From: Thermoanaerobaculia bacterium | GTDB taxonomy: Bacteria > Acidobacteriota > Thermoanaerobaculia > Gp7-AA8 | Direction of reading: 5' to 3' | DNA length: 42,267 bases | NCBI GenBank assembly: GCA_023700825.1 | Contig: JAMPYE010000002.1 | Coordinates: 1-42,267 of the forward strand | Shown here: positions 7,812-15,731 of the stretch, piece by piece | Layout: each line of letters begins with the position of its first letter | How positions within the stretch are numbered: position 1 is the first letter of the stretch | The notes under the pieces: generated by a model | Seen by the model: only the letters and a program-made list of their open reading frames with translations | What the model was told of the DNA's origin: nothing | Databases searched by the model: none | Made by a program: the position numbers and the translations under genes

Positions 7812-8489
7812 TCAGAACTTCGAGATCACCTTCCCTGGCGGCGTGTTCTCGAGGAACATATTCAGCGCGGCGAGGACGACCTTCTCGTGATGTGCGCGGT
7901 CGCCGGCGGCGCCGGCGAGGTGGCCGACGGCGCAGCCTTCCCACGTCATTCCGCGCGGCGGGCGCGTCGACTCGCTCGCGGCCGGGTTCGCGCTGATCAC
8001 GATCGTCGGCACGCCGCGCGACTCGATCTCGCGCGCGAGGTTCGAGATCGACCGGTGGCACGTCTCCGGGCAGCCCGCCATCAGGATTACCAGCTTCGTC
8101 TTCGACTTCTCGACGTTGTCCGCGATCTCGGGGAAGGTCTTCTCGTAGAGCTCCTTGAGCCGCGTCGTGAAGCCGTACGAGTAGTGCTTGTCGTTGACCG
8201 CGCCGATGACCCCTTTCGCCGCGAGCTCCTGGAGCGTCGCGAGCGGGAAGACGATGTTCGGGTCGCCGTCGGCCTCGGTGTGGTCGTAGTGATGGTGCGC
8301 GATCTTGAAATCGGCGACGTTCGCGTCACCCGCGATCACGCGGTAATCGATGTCGCCCGGATCCTCGGTCGCAAACGCTGCCTGGCCGGGCGCGTAGACG
8401 CCGGTCGCGCAGACGAGAGTCACCGTCGCGGAGGCGAGGTCTTTGTCGTACGGAGTGAAAGGGATGCAGCGTCGCGAGATATTGAGCAT
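7812..8489 (-). CDS. Glycine/sarcosine/betaine reductase selenoprotein B (GrdB) family protein, short Cys-containing form
   Basis: Motifs DYRVIAGD, HHHYDHTEADGDPNIVFPL, LQELAAKGVIG, and a redox-type pair in LMAGCPETCHRS followed by GVPTIVI. No in-frame TGA. Start is uncertain: ATG 8489 (MLNISRR) or ATG 8549 (MTQTGR). The track start at 8645 would overlap the upstream gene. Confidence 0.6.
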   Translation of the reverse strand: MLNISRRCIPFTPYDKDLASATVTLVCATGVYAPGQAAFATEDPGDIDYRVIAGDANVADFKIAHHHYDHTEADGDPNIVFPLATLQELAAKGVIGAVNDKHYSYGFTTRLKELYEKTFPEIADNVEKSKTKLVILMAGCPETCHRSISNLAREIESRGVPTIVISANPAASESTRPPRGMTWEGCAVGHLAGAAGDRAHHEKVVLAALNMFLENTPPGKVISKF

Positions 8490-8583
8490 GGGGTTCGCTT
8501 TCGCAGAGGGATTTCGGGGCGGGCTCGTCGCCCGCCCCGTTTGGGTCATGAGATCCGGCGCGTGGACGCCGGAAGAGGCGATG

Positions 8584-9096
8584 TCAGGCGAGCTCGCGCA
8601 GCGTTTCGATGATCTGCGCGTTTTCAGGCTGCTCACCGATGTCATGGACGTCGATGTAGGCGACCTTGCCCTGTTTGTCGATGACGAAGATGGCGCGTTC
8701 GTTGATGCCCTTGTCGTCCATCCAGACCCCGTAGAGCTTCGCTACGTGCCCCTTCGGGTGGAAGTCGGCGAGCAAGGGATACGAGTTGATCCCGCCGAGT
8801 GATTTTGCGAATGCGACGTGACTGGGGATGCTGTCGACCGAAATGCCGAAGACCTCGGCATCATACCGCTCGAAGTCGGCGTGTTCCGCCTCGTACGAGG
8901 GCATTTGGACCGTTCAGACAGGGGTCCAGTCGAGAGGATAGAAAGCGATGACCACGTTCTTCTTGCCGTGGAAGTCGCTGAGTTTGACCTTCTCGCCGCC
9001 ACGATGACCGGGAAGCTCGAAGTCGGGAGCCTTGTCGCCGACTTTGAGCGTCGCGGTCTTCGACGCGACGGAGGTCCTGCCTACCTTGACACTCAT
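8584..9096 (-). CDS. AhpE/Bcp-type peroxiredoxin with in-frame TGA (8914-8916) at the peroxidatic Cys position; probable selenocysteine peroxiredoxin
   Basis: Track ORFs 8914..9153 and 8584..8904 are in the same frame and are separated only by TGA plus 3 codons. The joined product is [30 protein letters not shown]...[43 protein letters not shown]...[10 protein letters not shown]...[15 protein letters not shown] 9096 is preceded by AAGGAGGA. Confidence 0.75.
8843..8903 (-). promoter_or_regulatory. Candidate bacterial SECIS region downstream of UGA 8914-8916
   Basis: On the mRNA, 13 nt after the UGA there is CCUC-GUAC-GAGG, extendable with a bulged C to G-C and U-G pairs, which places a GU-containing loop 18-21 nt after the UGA. 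A second hairpin, AUGCCGA-GGUCU-UCGGCAU (8843-8861), has a GGUC loop like E. coli fdhF but lies about 52 nt after the UGA, further than usual. Neither was scored with a SECIS model. Confidence 0.3.
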
Positions 9097-9199
9097 GGGA
9101 GGTCCTCCTTGGTTGAGATGACTGCAAGCAATGAGTGCGATGTCCACGTCCATCGCGGGAGCAGCAGCTCGCCAGCATGGATTCTATCGCACGAGAGCA

Positions 9200-9234
9200 G
9201 GCGATAGGCGAGGGGCGAGAGGCGAGGAGCAGGC
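9200..9234. repeat. (GGCGARR)x4 heptamer array ending in GCAGGCC
   Basis: GGCGATA GGCGAGG GGCGAGA GGCGAGG AGCAGGC. It has the same architecture and the same strand as 4924-4958. Confidence 0.8.
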
Positions 9235-9264
9235 CGAGTAGTGTCGGCGGAGGGGAAGAGGCAA

Positions 9265-9366
9265 TTCTCAATTCCTCATTCCTCATTCGACATTCTTCAT
9301 TTCGGTTTCCGCTCCTTCACCAGAACCGAAATTTCGAATGTCGAATGAGGAATGAAGAATGAAGAA
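9265..9366. repeat. Heptamer-periodic inverted repeat, GAATGAA type (arms 9265-9310 and 9323-9366, 12-nt spacer)
   Basis: The reverse complement of the left arm is GGAAACCGAAATGAAGAATGTCGAATGAGGAATGAGGAATTGAGAA. It matches 2152-2187 at 34/36 positions. The right arm is GAACCGAAATTTCGAATGTCGAATGAGGAATGAAGAATGAAGAA. Confidence 0.9.
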
Positions 9367-9466
9367 AAGGGAAACGGCATGCTTCCAGCCAGTTCGGATC
9401 GAGGTCTTCTCTTGGCCGGATTTTCGGCCGGTACACTCCGCGGAGTAAAATCACCCCATCGGCACA

Positions 9467-10366
9467 ATGGCGATCCCTGGCAACGGCGGTGACCGGCTCA
9501 TCCTGGGCATGGCTGGCGGCGGAGACTTCCGGGTCATCGCGGCGCAGACCGCGGAGTCGCTCGAGCTGGCCCGGCTGCGGTGCGACCTGTCGCCGGTCGC
9601 GGCCGCGGCGCTGGGCCGCGCCCTTACGAGCGCGGTCCTGCTCGCGCGCCTCCTCGACAAGCAGGTTCCGGAACAGCACGTATCGCTCCGTCTCGAGGGA
9701 GGCGGCCCGATCGGCGGCGTGATCGCGGAAGCGACGATCGACGGGCGGATCCGCGGCTGTGTCGGGAACCCGCAGTACGAGGACACCGCGTGCGACGTCG
9801 GCCTCGCGGTCGGCTCCGGCGGCAACCTCACCGTGATCCGCAAGTCGCCGCCTCTGATGAAGCCCTACACCTCGCAGGTCCGGCTCGTCTCGGGCGAGAT
9901 CGCCAAGGACGTCGCGCACTATCTCGCGACGAGCGAGCAGATCCCGACCGCGGTCCTGCTCGGCGTGCTGAATCGCCCCACGGGCGTGGCCTCCTGCGGC
10001 GGAATCGTGATCCAGGCCTTTCCGCACACGACCCCGGCGGAGATCGAGGCGATGGAGAAGGCGATCCTCGACGCGCCGCCGCTTTCGTCCCTTCTCGCCG
10101 AGCTGCCGATCCACGACGCCGTGGCCCGCGTCCTCGGCCCCGTCGGCTACAAGCAGCTCGATCCGTCGTTCGACATCCCGATCTCCTACCACTGTACCTG
10201 CTCGCGGGAGAAGGCGCTTCGGATGTATCGTTACTTTCCGCCGCAGGAGCTCGGCGAAATGATTCGCGAGGCGAGCGACACCGAGGCCGTCTGCCACTTC
10301 TGCGGCGCGAAGTACGTGTTCACGGCCGACGACCTGCTGGGCCTGGACGTTGGCGAAGGGAACTGA
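9467..10366 (+). CDS. hslO: Hsp33 redox-regulated chaperone
   Basis: Full-length Hsp33 pattern, including the C-terminal zinc/redox switch CTC...CHFC (YHCTCSREK ... AVCHFCGAKY). ATG at 9467. Confidence 0.9.
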   Translation: MAIPGNGGDRLILGMAGGGDFRVIAAQTAESLELARLRCDLSPVAAAALGRALTSAVLLARLLDKQVPEQHVSLRLEGGGPIGGVIAEATIDGRIRGCVGNPQYEDTACDVGLAVGSGGNLTVIRKSPPLMKPYTSQVRLVSGEIAKDVAHYLATSEQIPTAVLLGVLNRPTGVASCGGIVIQAFPHTTPAEIEAMEKAILDAPPLSSLLAELPIHDAVARVLGPVGYKQLDPSFDIPISYHCTCSREKALRMYRYFPPQELGEMIREASDTEAVCHFCGAKYVFTADDLLGLDVGEGN

Positions 10367-10422
10367 CTCTTGAGAGGCGCGGCCGGATTCTCAATTCGGA
10401 ACTCGCGTGTAACACCCGACCT

Positions 10423-11481
10423 ATGAAAAGCGTAATCACCGGTTCCGGCATCGCACTTCCGCCTCACGTCGTCACCAACGATCAGCTGTCGCGGATCATG
10501 GACACCTCGGATGAATGGATCCGCACGCGGAGCGGCATCGAGCAGCGCCACTTCGCGGTGGCGGGCCAGGGCTCGGCGGAGCTCGGCTCGATGGCCGGCG
10601 AGGCCGCGATTCGCGACGCGGGACTGAAACCGGAAGACATCGACGTCGTCGTCTTCGCGACGATGACTCCCGACCATGTCCTTCCGGGCAACGGGCCGTT
10701 GCTGCAGAAACGGATCGGGCTTCGCCAGGTGCCGACGTTCGACCTCCGCCAGCAGTGCAGCGGCTTCCTTTACGGTCTCGACCTGGCCGACTCGCTCCTC
10801 CGGAGCGGCAAGTTCGAGCGGGTGCTGCTGGTGGGAGCCGAGACGCACAGCGGCTTCATGCCATGGGATCAGGGGTGGAAGGTCGTGCTGGGGCTGAGCG
10901 ACGAGGAGCCGAGCGACGAGGAGAAGGCCTGGAACACGCTGTCGCGCGACCGGACGGTGCTCTTCGGCGACGCCGCGGGGGCGGTCGTGGTCGAGAAGCG
11001 CGAGAACGGCGCGGCGGGTCTGCTTCGCACTCGCCTCTACACCGACGGCGGAGGCGCCGAAGCGCTCACGATGCACGGTTCGAGCTTCAAGCAGCGCCCG
11101 TTCGTGACGAAGGAGCAGATTGCGGCCGGAGAGACGATCCCCGTGATGAACGGCCGCGAGGTGTTCAAGACCGCCGTGACCCTCATGCCCCAGGCGGTGC
11201 GCGACGTCTGCGCCGACGAAGGGCTGGCGGTGGCGGATCTCGATCTCGTCCTGATTCACCAGGCGAACCTCCGGATCATCGAGGGAGTGCAGAAGCAACT
11301 CGGGCTCCCCTCCGAAAAGGTGCCGCACAACATCGAGCGCTACGGAAACACCACCGCCGCGACGCTGCCCCTGCTCTTCCACGAGTGCAAACAGAACGGA
11401 CTCGCAGGTCCCGGGAAACTGATCGCGTTCACGGCGCTCGGGTCGGGGCTGCACTGGGGAGCGGCGTTGTACCGGATGTGA
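10423..11481 (+). CDS. fabH: 3-oxoacyl-ACP synthase III (FabH-like ketosynthase)
   Basis: Track ORF 9580..11481 trimmed to ATG 10423 (MKSVITGSGIALP). Cys-His-Asn triad contexts are QQCSGFLYGL, LIHQAN and YGNTTAAT. The upstream part of the track ORF is a shadow frame over hslO. Confidence 0.85.
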   Translation: MKSVITGSGIALPPHVVTNDQLSRIMDTSDEWIRTRSGIEQRHFAVAGQGSAELGSMAGEAAIRDAGLKPEDIDVVVFATMTPDHVLPGNGPLLQKRIGLRQVPTFDLRQQCSGFLYGLDLADSLLRSGKFERVLLVGAETHSGFMPWDQGWKVVLGLSDEEPSDEEKAWNTLSRDRTVLFGDAAGAVVVEKRENGAAGLLRTRLYTDGGGAEALTMHGSSFKQRPFVTKEQIAAGETIPVMNGREVFKTAVTLMPQAVRDVCADEGLAVADLDLVLIHQANLRIIEGVQKQLGLPSEKVPHNIERYGNTTAATLPLLFHECKQNGLAGPGKLIAFTALGSGLHWGAALYRM

Positions 11482-11494
11482 TGGTTGGGCGGGC

Positions 11495-11624
11495 GGAAAC
11501 ACAATGAATGCAGAACGCAGAATGCAGAACGATGAATGTAGAAATCGGAACCGAAGGCAGCCACTGCCACGGGTTCCCTTTCTACATTCATCGTTCAGCA
11601 TTCAGCATTCATTGTTTTCTTCCG
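11495..11624. repeat. Heptamer-periodic inverted repeat, GCAGAAY/GATGAAT type, with central GGAACC...GGTTCC and GGCAG-cca-CTGCC hairpin
   Basis: The left arm is ACAATGAATGCAGAACGCAGAATGCAGAACGATGAATGTAGAAA (11501-11544). The reverse complement of the right arm 11579-11615 is ACAATGAATGCTGAATGCTGAACGATGAATGTAGAAA. The arms differ by exactly one heptamer plus A/T changes. Confidence 0.9.
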
Positions 11625-11667
11625 TTTCGTTGATCCCAAACTGCCCCTCAGATAGACTCCCGCCCCT

Positions 11668-12735
11668 ATGACGGACAAGCTTTCCTACCGCGACGCCGGG
11701 GTCGACATCGACGCGCAGGACGAGGCGCTTCGCGAGGTTCGGCGCATCGTCAAGAAGACCTACACGCCCGGCGTGATGTCGGACATCGGCTCGTTCGGCG
11801 GCCTCTTCCGCGGCTCGTTCCCGGAGATGCAGGCGCCGATCCTCGTTTCGTCGGCCGACGGCGTCGGGACGAAGCTCGCGGTCGCCAAGGCGATGAAGGT
11901 GCACGACACGGTCGGCTACGACCTGGTCTGTCATTGCGTCAACGACATCCTCGTTCAGGGTGCGCGCCCCCTCTTCTTCCTCGACTACTTCGCCTCCGGC
12001 AAGCTCAACCCCGGCGTGATGACCGACGTCGTGAAGGGGATGGCGAACGGCTGCCGCGAGAACGACTTCGCGCTGATCGGCGGCGAGACGGCAGAGATGC
12101 CGGGCATGTACTCCGAAGACGAGTACGACGTCGCCGGTTTCATCGTCGGTGTCGTCGACGAGAAGCATCTCATCACCGGGAAGAACGTCCGCCAGGGCGA
12201 CCTCGTCATCGCGCTCCCCTCGGTTGGGCTCCACACGAACGGCTACTCGCTCGCGCGCAAGGTACTGATCGACAAGTGCGGGCACGACTACCAGACGATC
12301 GTCCCCGAGATCGGCGGCAAAGTGGGTGAAGTCCTGCTCGCGCCGCACGTCTCGTATCTCAAGCCGCTGCTGCCGCTGGTCCAGGAGTCGCTGATTCACG
12401 GGATGGCGCACATCACGGGCGGCGGCCTAACCGACAACGTGCCGCGCGTCCTTCCCGCCGACTGCGACGTGCAGATCCGCCTCGGCTCGTGGCCAGTGCT
12501 CCCGATCTTCCGGTACATCTTCGAGAAGGGTGGCATCGAGGTCGAGGAGATGCTTCGCGTCTTCAACATGGGCGTCGGGATGGTGCTGATCGTCGCTCCG
12601 GAGGCGGTCGAGCCGGTGACGAAGCGACTGCTGTCGTACGGCCAGAAGTACTTCTTCATCGGAAACGTCGTCGCGGGGAGCGGCAAGGTGGTCTACGACC
12701 ATCCCCCTGCCGGCTTCGCGAGCTGGATCCGCTGA
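11668..12735 (+). CDS. purM: Phosphoribosylformylglycinamidine cyclo-ligase (AIR synthetase)
   Basis: Motifs YRDAGVDID, GGLF, SSADGVGTKL, DYF, GGETAEMPG, HITGGG. Confidence 0.95.
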   Translation: MTDKLSYRDAGVDIDAQDEALREVRRIVKKTYTPGVMSDIGSFGGLFRGSFPEMQAPILVSSADGVGTKLAVAKAMKVHDTVGYDLVCHCVNDILVQGARPLFFLDYFASGKLNPGVMTDVVKGMANGCRENDFALIGGETAEMPGMYSEDEYDVAGFIVGVVDEKHLITGKNVRQGDLVIALPSVGLHTNGYSLARKVLIDKCGHDYQTIVPEIGGKVGEVLLAPHVSYLKPLLPLVQESLIHGMAHITGGGLTDNVPRVLPADCDVQIRLGSWPVLPIFRYIFEKGGIEVEEMLRVFNMGVGMVLIVAPEAVEPVTKRLLSYGQKYFFIGNVVAGSGKVVYDHPPAGFASWIR

Positions 12736-13334
12736 TGAAGCGCCTTGCCGTGCTGCTCTCCGGGCGCGGGTCGAACTTCCTTGCGATCCACGAGGCGTGC
12801 GCGACGAAGGAGCTCCCCGCCGAGGTCGTCTGCGTCGTCTCGAACAAGCCGGACGCCCGCGGAATCGAGAAGGCCAGGGAGCTCGGCGTTCCCGCGTTCG
12901 GGATCGACCACAAGCAGTTCGCGAATCGCGCGGCGTACGAGGCCGAGGTGATCGCGACGCTCGACCGGCACGCGCCCGACTTCGTGATCCTCGCCGGCTA
13001 CATGCGGCTCCTGTCGCCCGACTTCGTGGCGCGCTTCCGCCATCGCATCACCAACATCCATCCGTCGCTGCTGCCGTCGTTTCCCGGCGTCGACGCGCAG
13101 CGCCAGGCCGTCGAGTACGGAGTGAAGGTGTCGGGCTGCACGGTGCACCTCGTCGACGAGTCGCTCGACGGCGGGCCGATCCTCGTGCAGCGCTCCGTCC
13201 CGGTCCTCGACGGCGACACCCCCGAAGAGCTCGCCACCCGCATCCTCGGCCAGGAGCACGGCGCCTACATCGAGGCGCTAAGGAAGCTATGCGGCGGCTA
13301 TCGGGTGGACGGAAGACGGGTGATCTTCGACTGA
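12735..13334 (+). CDS. purN: Phosphoribosylglycinamide formyltransferase
   Basis: Track ORF 12489..13334 trimmed to ATG 12735 (MKRLAVLLSGRGSN), which overlaps the purM TGA by 1 nt. Motifs NIHPSLLPSFPG and GCTVHLVDE. Confidence 0.95.
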   Translation: MKRLAVLLSGRGSNFLAIHEACATKELPAEVVCVVSNKPDARGIEKARELGVPAFGIDHKQFANRAAYEAEVIATLDRHAPDFVILAGYMRLLSPDFVARFRHRITNIHPSLLPSFPGVDAQRQAVEYGVKVSGCTVHLVDESLDGGPILVQRSVPVLDGDTPEELATRILGQEHGAYIEALRKLCGGYRVDGRRVIFD

Positions 13335-13468
13335 GGTCGAAGCAACTACTGAGGCGCGGTGGGGGTCAGGCCTCGAAACTGTACTTTAGCAGCTCTTATG
13401 ATACTTGTGATCTGACCCTTGGCCACAGGACTCACCTAGACACCTTCCGAGTTCGCAACTGTGTATTG

Positions 13469-14593
13469 TTAGTTCGGCAACAGCCGCTTCCACCACGGCA
13501 ACTCGGCGACGTCCGTGTCGGCGACAGCGGGAATCGACGCCAGCGTTCTTCCATCGAGCGAAACGACGACGGTTCCGATCTTCTCGCCTTTGCGGATCGG
13601 CGCCCTGGCCTTGTCGCTGACGACGGTAGTCATCACCCGACGCGCCTCGCTTTTCTCGAGGAAGAGCCTCGGCGCGGTCGCCGCCGTGACTGGCACGGTC
13701 GAGACCTCGCCGTTGCGGACGACGACCGCGTCGCGCATCCGCTGCCCCTTCTTCACGGGATGGACCCAGCGCCAGCCATCGAACCCGCGGCGGAGGAGCG
13801 CTGCCGCGGCATCGAAGCTGCCGTCACGCACCTCGCTGCCCATGACGACTGCAATCAGGTCGAGGTCGCCGCGCCTGGCCGAGGCCGTAACGCAGAAGCC
13901 GGAGCCGCGGTGGTAACCGGTCTTGAGGCCGTTCGCCCCCGGGAAGTTGCCGAGCAGCTTGTTTGTCGTGAGCAGCTTCTCGAAGGTACCGTTCCGAAAC
14001 TCCATCTCCGTCGTGGCCGCAAACTCGCGGATGAGCGGAAACTTCATCAGCTTGACCGCAAGCTTCGCAGCGTCGTCCGCGCTCATCACGTCGTCAGGAC
14101 GCTTCGTCGACGGGAGGCCGTTGGGCGAGGTGAAGCGACTCTCGCTCATGCCGAGCGCCGCGGCGCGCCGGTTCATCTGCGCGACGAACGCCTCCTCGCT
14201 TCCGGCGACGTGCTCGGCGAGTGCCATCGCAGCGTCGTTGGCGGAGTGGATGAGAGTCGCGGCGACGAGCTGCCGAACCGTGAAGGCGCCTCCCCGCGCG
14301 AGAAAGACCTGGGAGCCTCCCTCGTCCTCGGCTCTCTTCGAAATCTCGACCGGAGAGTCGAGCGAGAGCGTGCCGCTCTCGACCCTCTCCATCACGAGTA
14401 GCAGCGTCATCATCTTCGTCATCGAGGCGACGGCGCGCGACTCGTGCGCGTTGTCCTCGAACAGCACGCGCCCGGTGGTGCCCTCGACGAGGATCGCCGA
14501 CACGTAGGGACGCGGCTCCGCGGCCGGGGCCGCGAGAGGGAGGAGGACGAAGAGCAGAACGGCGAGTACGAGGAATCCGGGGCGCAGGTTCAT
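13469..14593 (-). CDS. D-alanyl-D-alanine carboxypeptidase (peptidase S11, PBP5/6-like)
   Basis: Signal peptide. SxxK motif (ASMTK), SxN motif (HSAND) and KTG motif (LKTGYH). C-terminal beta-sandwich-type domain. Confidence 0.9.
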   Translation of the reverse strand: MNLRPGFLVLAVLLFVLLPLAAPAAEPRPYVSAILVEGTTGRVLFEDNAHESRAVASMTKMMTLLLVMERVESGTLSLDSPVEISKRAEDEGGSQVFLARGGAFTVRQLVAATLIHSANDAAMALAEHVAGSEEAFVAQMNRRAAALGMSESRFTSPNGLPSTKRPDDVMSADDAAKLAVKLMKFPLIREFAATTEMEFRNGTFEKLLTTNKLLGNFPGANGLKTGYHRGSGFCVTASARRGDLDLIAVVMGSEVRDGSFDAAAALLRRGFDGWRWVHPVKKGQRMRDAVVVRNGEVSTVPVTAATAPRLFLEKSEARRVMTTVVSDKARAPIRKGEKIGTVVVSLDGRTLASIPAVADTDVAELPWWKRLLPN

Positions 14594-14682
14594 CAGTCAA
14601 CAGGATACCGCGATGGCGCCGCTGCGCGTCCCGGGGTTCAGTCCGACGCCAAGAGTGGTGCTGGCCTGGCGGCGTCGCAAGA

Positions 14683-14716
14683 ATCCAGAGGCGCCCCTTA
14701 TGGAGCGCCTCTGGAT
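14683..14716 (-). terminator. Stem-loop downstream of the 14726..15496 gene (12-bp perfect stem, 10-nt loop)
   Basis: ATCCAGAGGCGC-cccttatgga-GCGCCTCTGGAT lies 10 nt past the stop codon. On the minus strand it is followed by TCTTG. There is no long U tract. Confidence 0.5.
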
Positions 14717-14725
14717 CGTGCGGGA

Positions 14726-15496
14726 TTACTCAGGCGTGAGCACCGCGACACTGTGCGTGAGGTTGTTCGTCACTGACGCGAACGCCCAATACTGCCGAGG
14801 AGTGGATGGCTCCAGACGGATGCGAACGTATCCTGCGCCTGCAAGCTGCGGGAACTGCTCCACGAGGTTCGTGATCGTCGCGAAGCTGGGTACGAGCGGG
14901 TACGTCGAGTGCGTGTCTCCGCCACGCAGATCGAGCGTGAGCTGCGCCAAAGCGTCGTCCCCATCCTCGGGCAGGATGGTCACGTTCAACGAGAGTGTGT
15001 CGCTCGGCTGGTACTCGTAAGCCCGCAGTGTGACGCGGAACAGCTCGTCGACGGGCACGTGAAGCAACTCCGTCGTGCCCGTGAGCCACTCATCCTCTCG
15101 GACGACGGGGATCGTCGTGCCGAAGTTCTCGGCCTGCCGCGACACATCCCAGGCGCGGAGGAGGAAGTGGATGTCGCCCGCGCGGGCCTCCTCGACGACG
15201 AAGTACGCGCCGGGGATGCTCCCCGATCCCGTTCCTTCGTACCGTGCCAGCGCGCCCGGTGCGAGCGTCTTGTCACAGAGTTCGAACGGGCACTCGGGCG
15301 AGCCCGGCGCGACGATCACGGGCTGTGTCCCGCTGTTCGACATGTACAGCTCCGACATCCAGAGGCTCCCGCCGTACCCGGCGCCGTGCCAGAGCACGGG
15401 GACGAGGACGCGCTGCGTCGTGGGCGGCACCTGGGCATTGGCCGCGACGCTTCCGCCCATGAAGACAGCAAGTGTCAGGCACAACCAGAATCGCAT
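14726..15496 (-). CDS. Secreted hypothetical protein
   Basis: Signal peptide MRFWLCLTLAVFMGGSVAANAQ. ATG 15496 lies 10 nt after AAGGAG. The track start at 15502 is a GTG only 4 nt after the RBS. No domain recognised. Confidence 0.6.
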   Translation of the reverse strand: MRFWLCLTLAVFMGGSVAANAQVPPTTQRVLVPVLWHGAGYGGSLWMSELYMSNSGTQPVIVAPGSPECPFELCDKTLAPGALARYEGTGSGSIPGAYFVVEEARAGDIHFLLRAWDVSRQAENFGTTIPVVREDEWLTGTTELLHVPVDELFRVTLRAYEYQPSDTLSLNVTILPEDGDDALAQLTLDLRGGDTHSTYPLVPSFATITNLVEQFPQLAGAGYVRIRLEPSTPRQYWAFASVTNNLTHSVAVLTPE

Positions 15497-15731
15497 TCGC
15501 ACGATACTCCTTTCGTTACGGTGTCACGGGTCGGCTGCGGCACGAGTCGAGGAAGTACAGCAGCGAGCCGTTCGGCGACGTCGTGGTGTCGCGGACGAGG
15601 AGGTTGTCCGATGGAGTCTACGTGGAGGTTGGTGGCGAAGAGAAGTCGCATTAACTTCTGCGCGGAACGAGTTCGGTGCGCCTAACGACCCAGCTTCAAA
15701 ACGGGAGCGCCAGCTGGCCAACGTCAATCGT

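Noticed and set aside
8584-9153. Treating 8584..8904 and 8914..9153 as two small genes, or as a pseudogene disrupted by a nonsense mutation
   Set aside because: The two pieces are the N- and C-halves of one peroxiredoxin in a single frame. The only interruption is TGA, exactly at the catalytic Cys codon. Neither half shows other damage. Selenocysteine recoding is the more economical reading, though it is unproven without the sel genes.
9580-10422. N-terminal extensions of track ORFs 9580..11481 (fabH), 28810..30741 (PadR), 31297..33204 (racemase), 7270..8061, 15804..16694, 21175..23391 and 32917..33930
   Set aside because: The extensions overlap neighbouring genes in other frames and are Arg/Pro-rich. 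Internal ATG or GTG starts coincide with the family N-termini, with RBS-like sequences or with 4-nt start/stop overlaps.
13335-13468. Relatively AT-rich 134-nt convergent spacer after purN that shares GTCGAAGCAAC with 17988-17998, considered as a small RNA or repeat
   Set aside because: An 11-mer match is expected many times by chance in a window this size. The spacer shows no heptamer periodicity, no strong hairpin (7-bp stem with a ~50-nt loop only) and no tRNA- or ncRNA-like motifs that I can recognise.
15470-15640. Short minus-strand reading frames upstream of the secreted-protein gene (for example ...DNLLVRDTTTSPNGSLLYFLDSCRSRPVTP*), considered as a possible gene remnant or leader peptide
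   Set aside because: The frame is closed by a TAG immediately upstream and has no start codon. The alternative 59-aa ATG frame has no coding character. The evidence is insufficient to call a gene or pseudogene.
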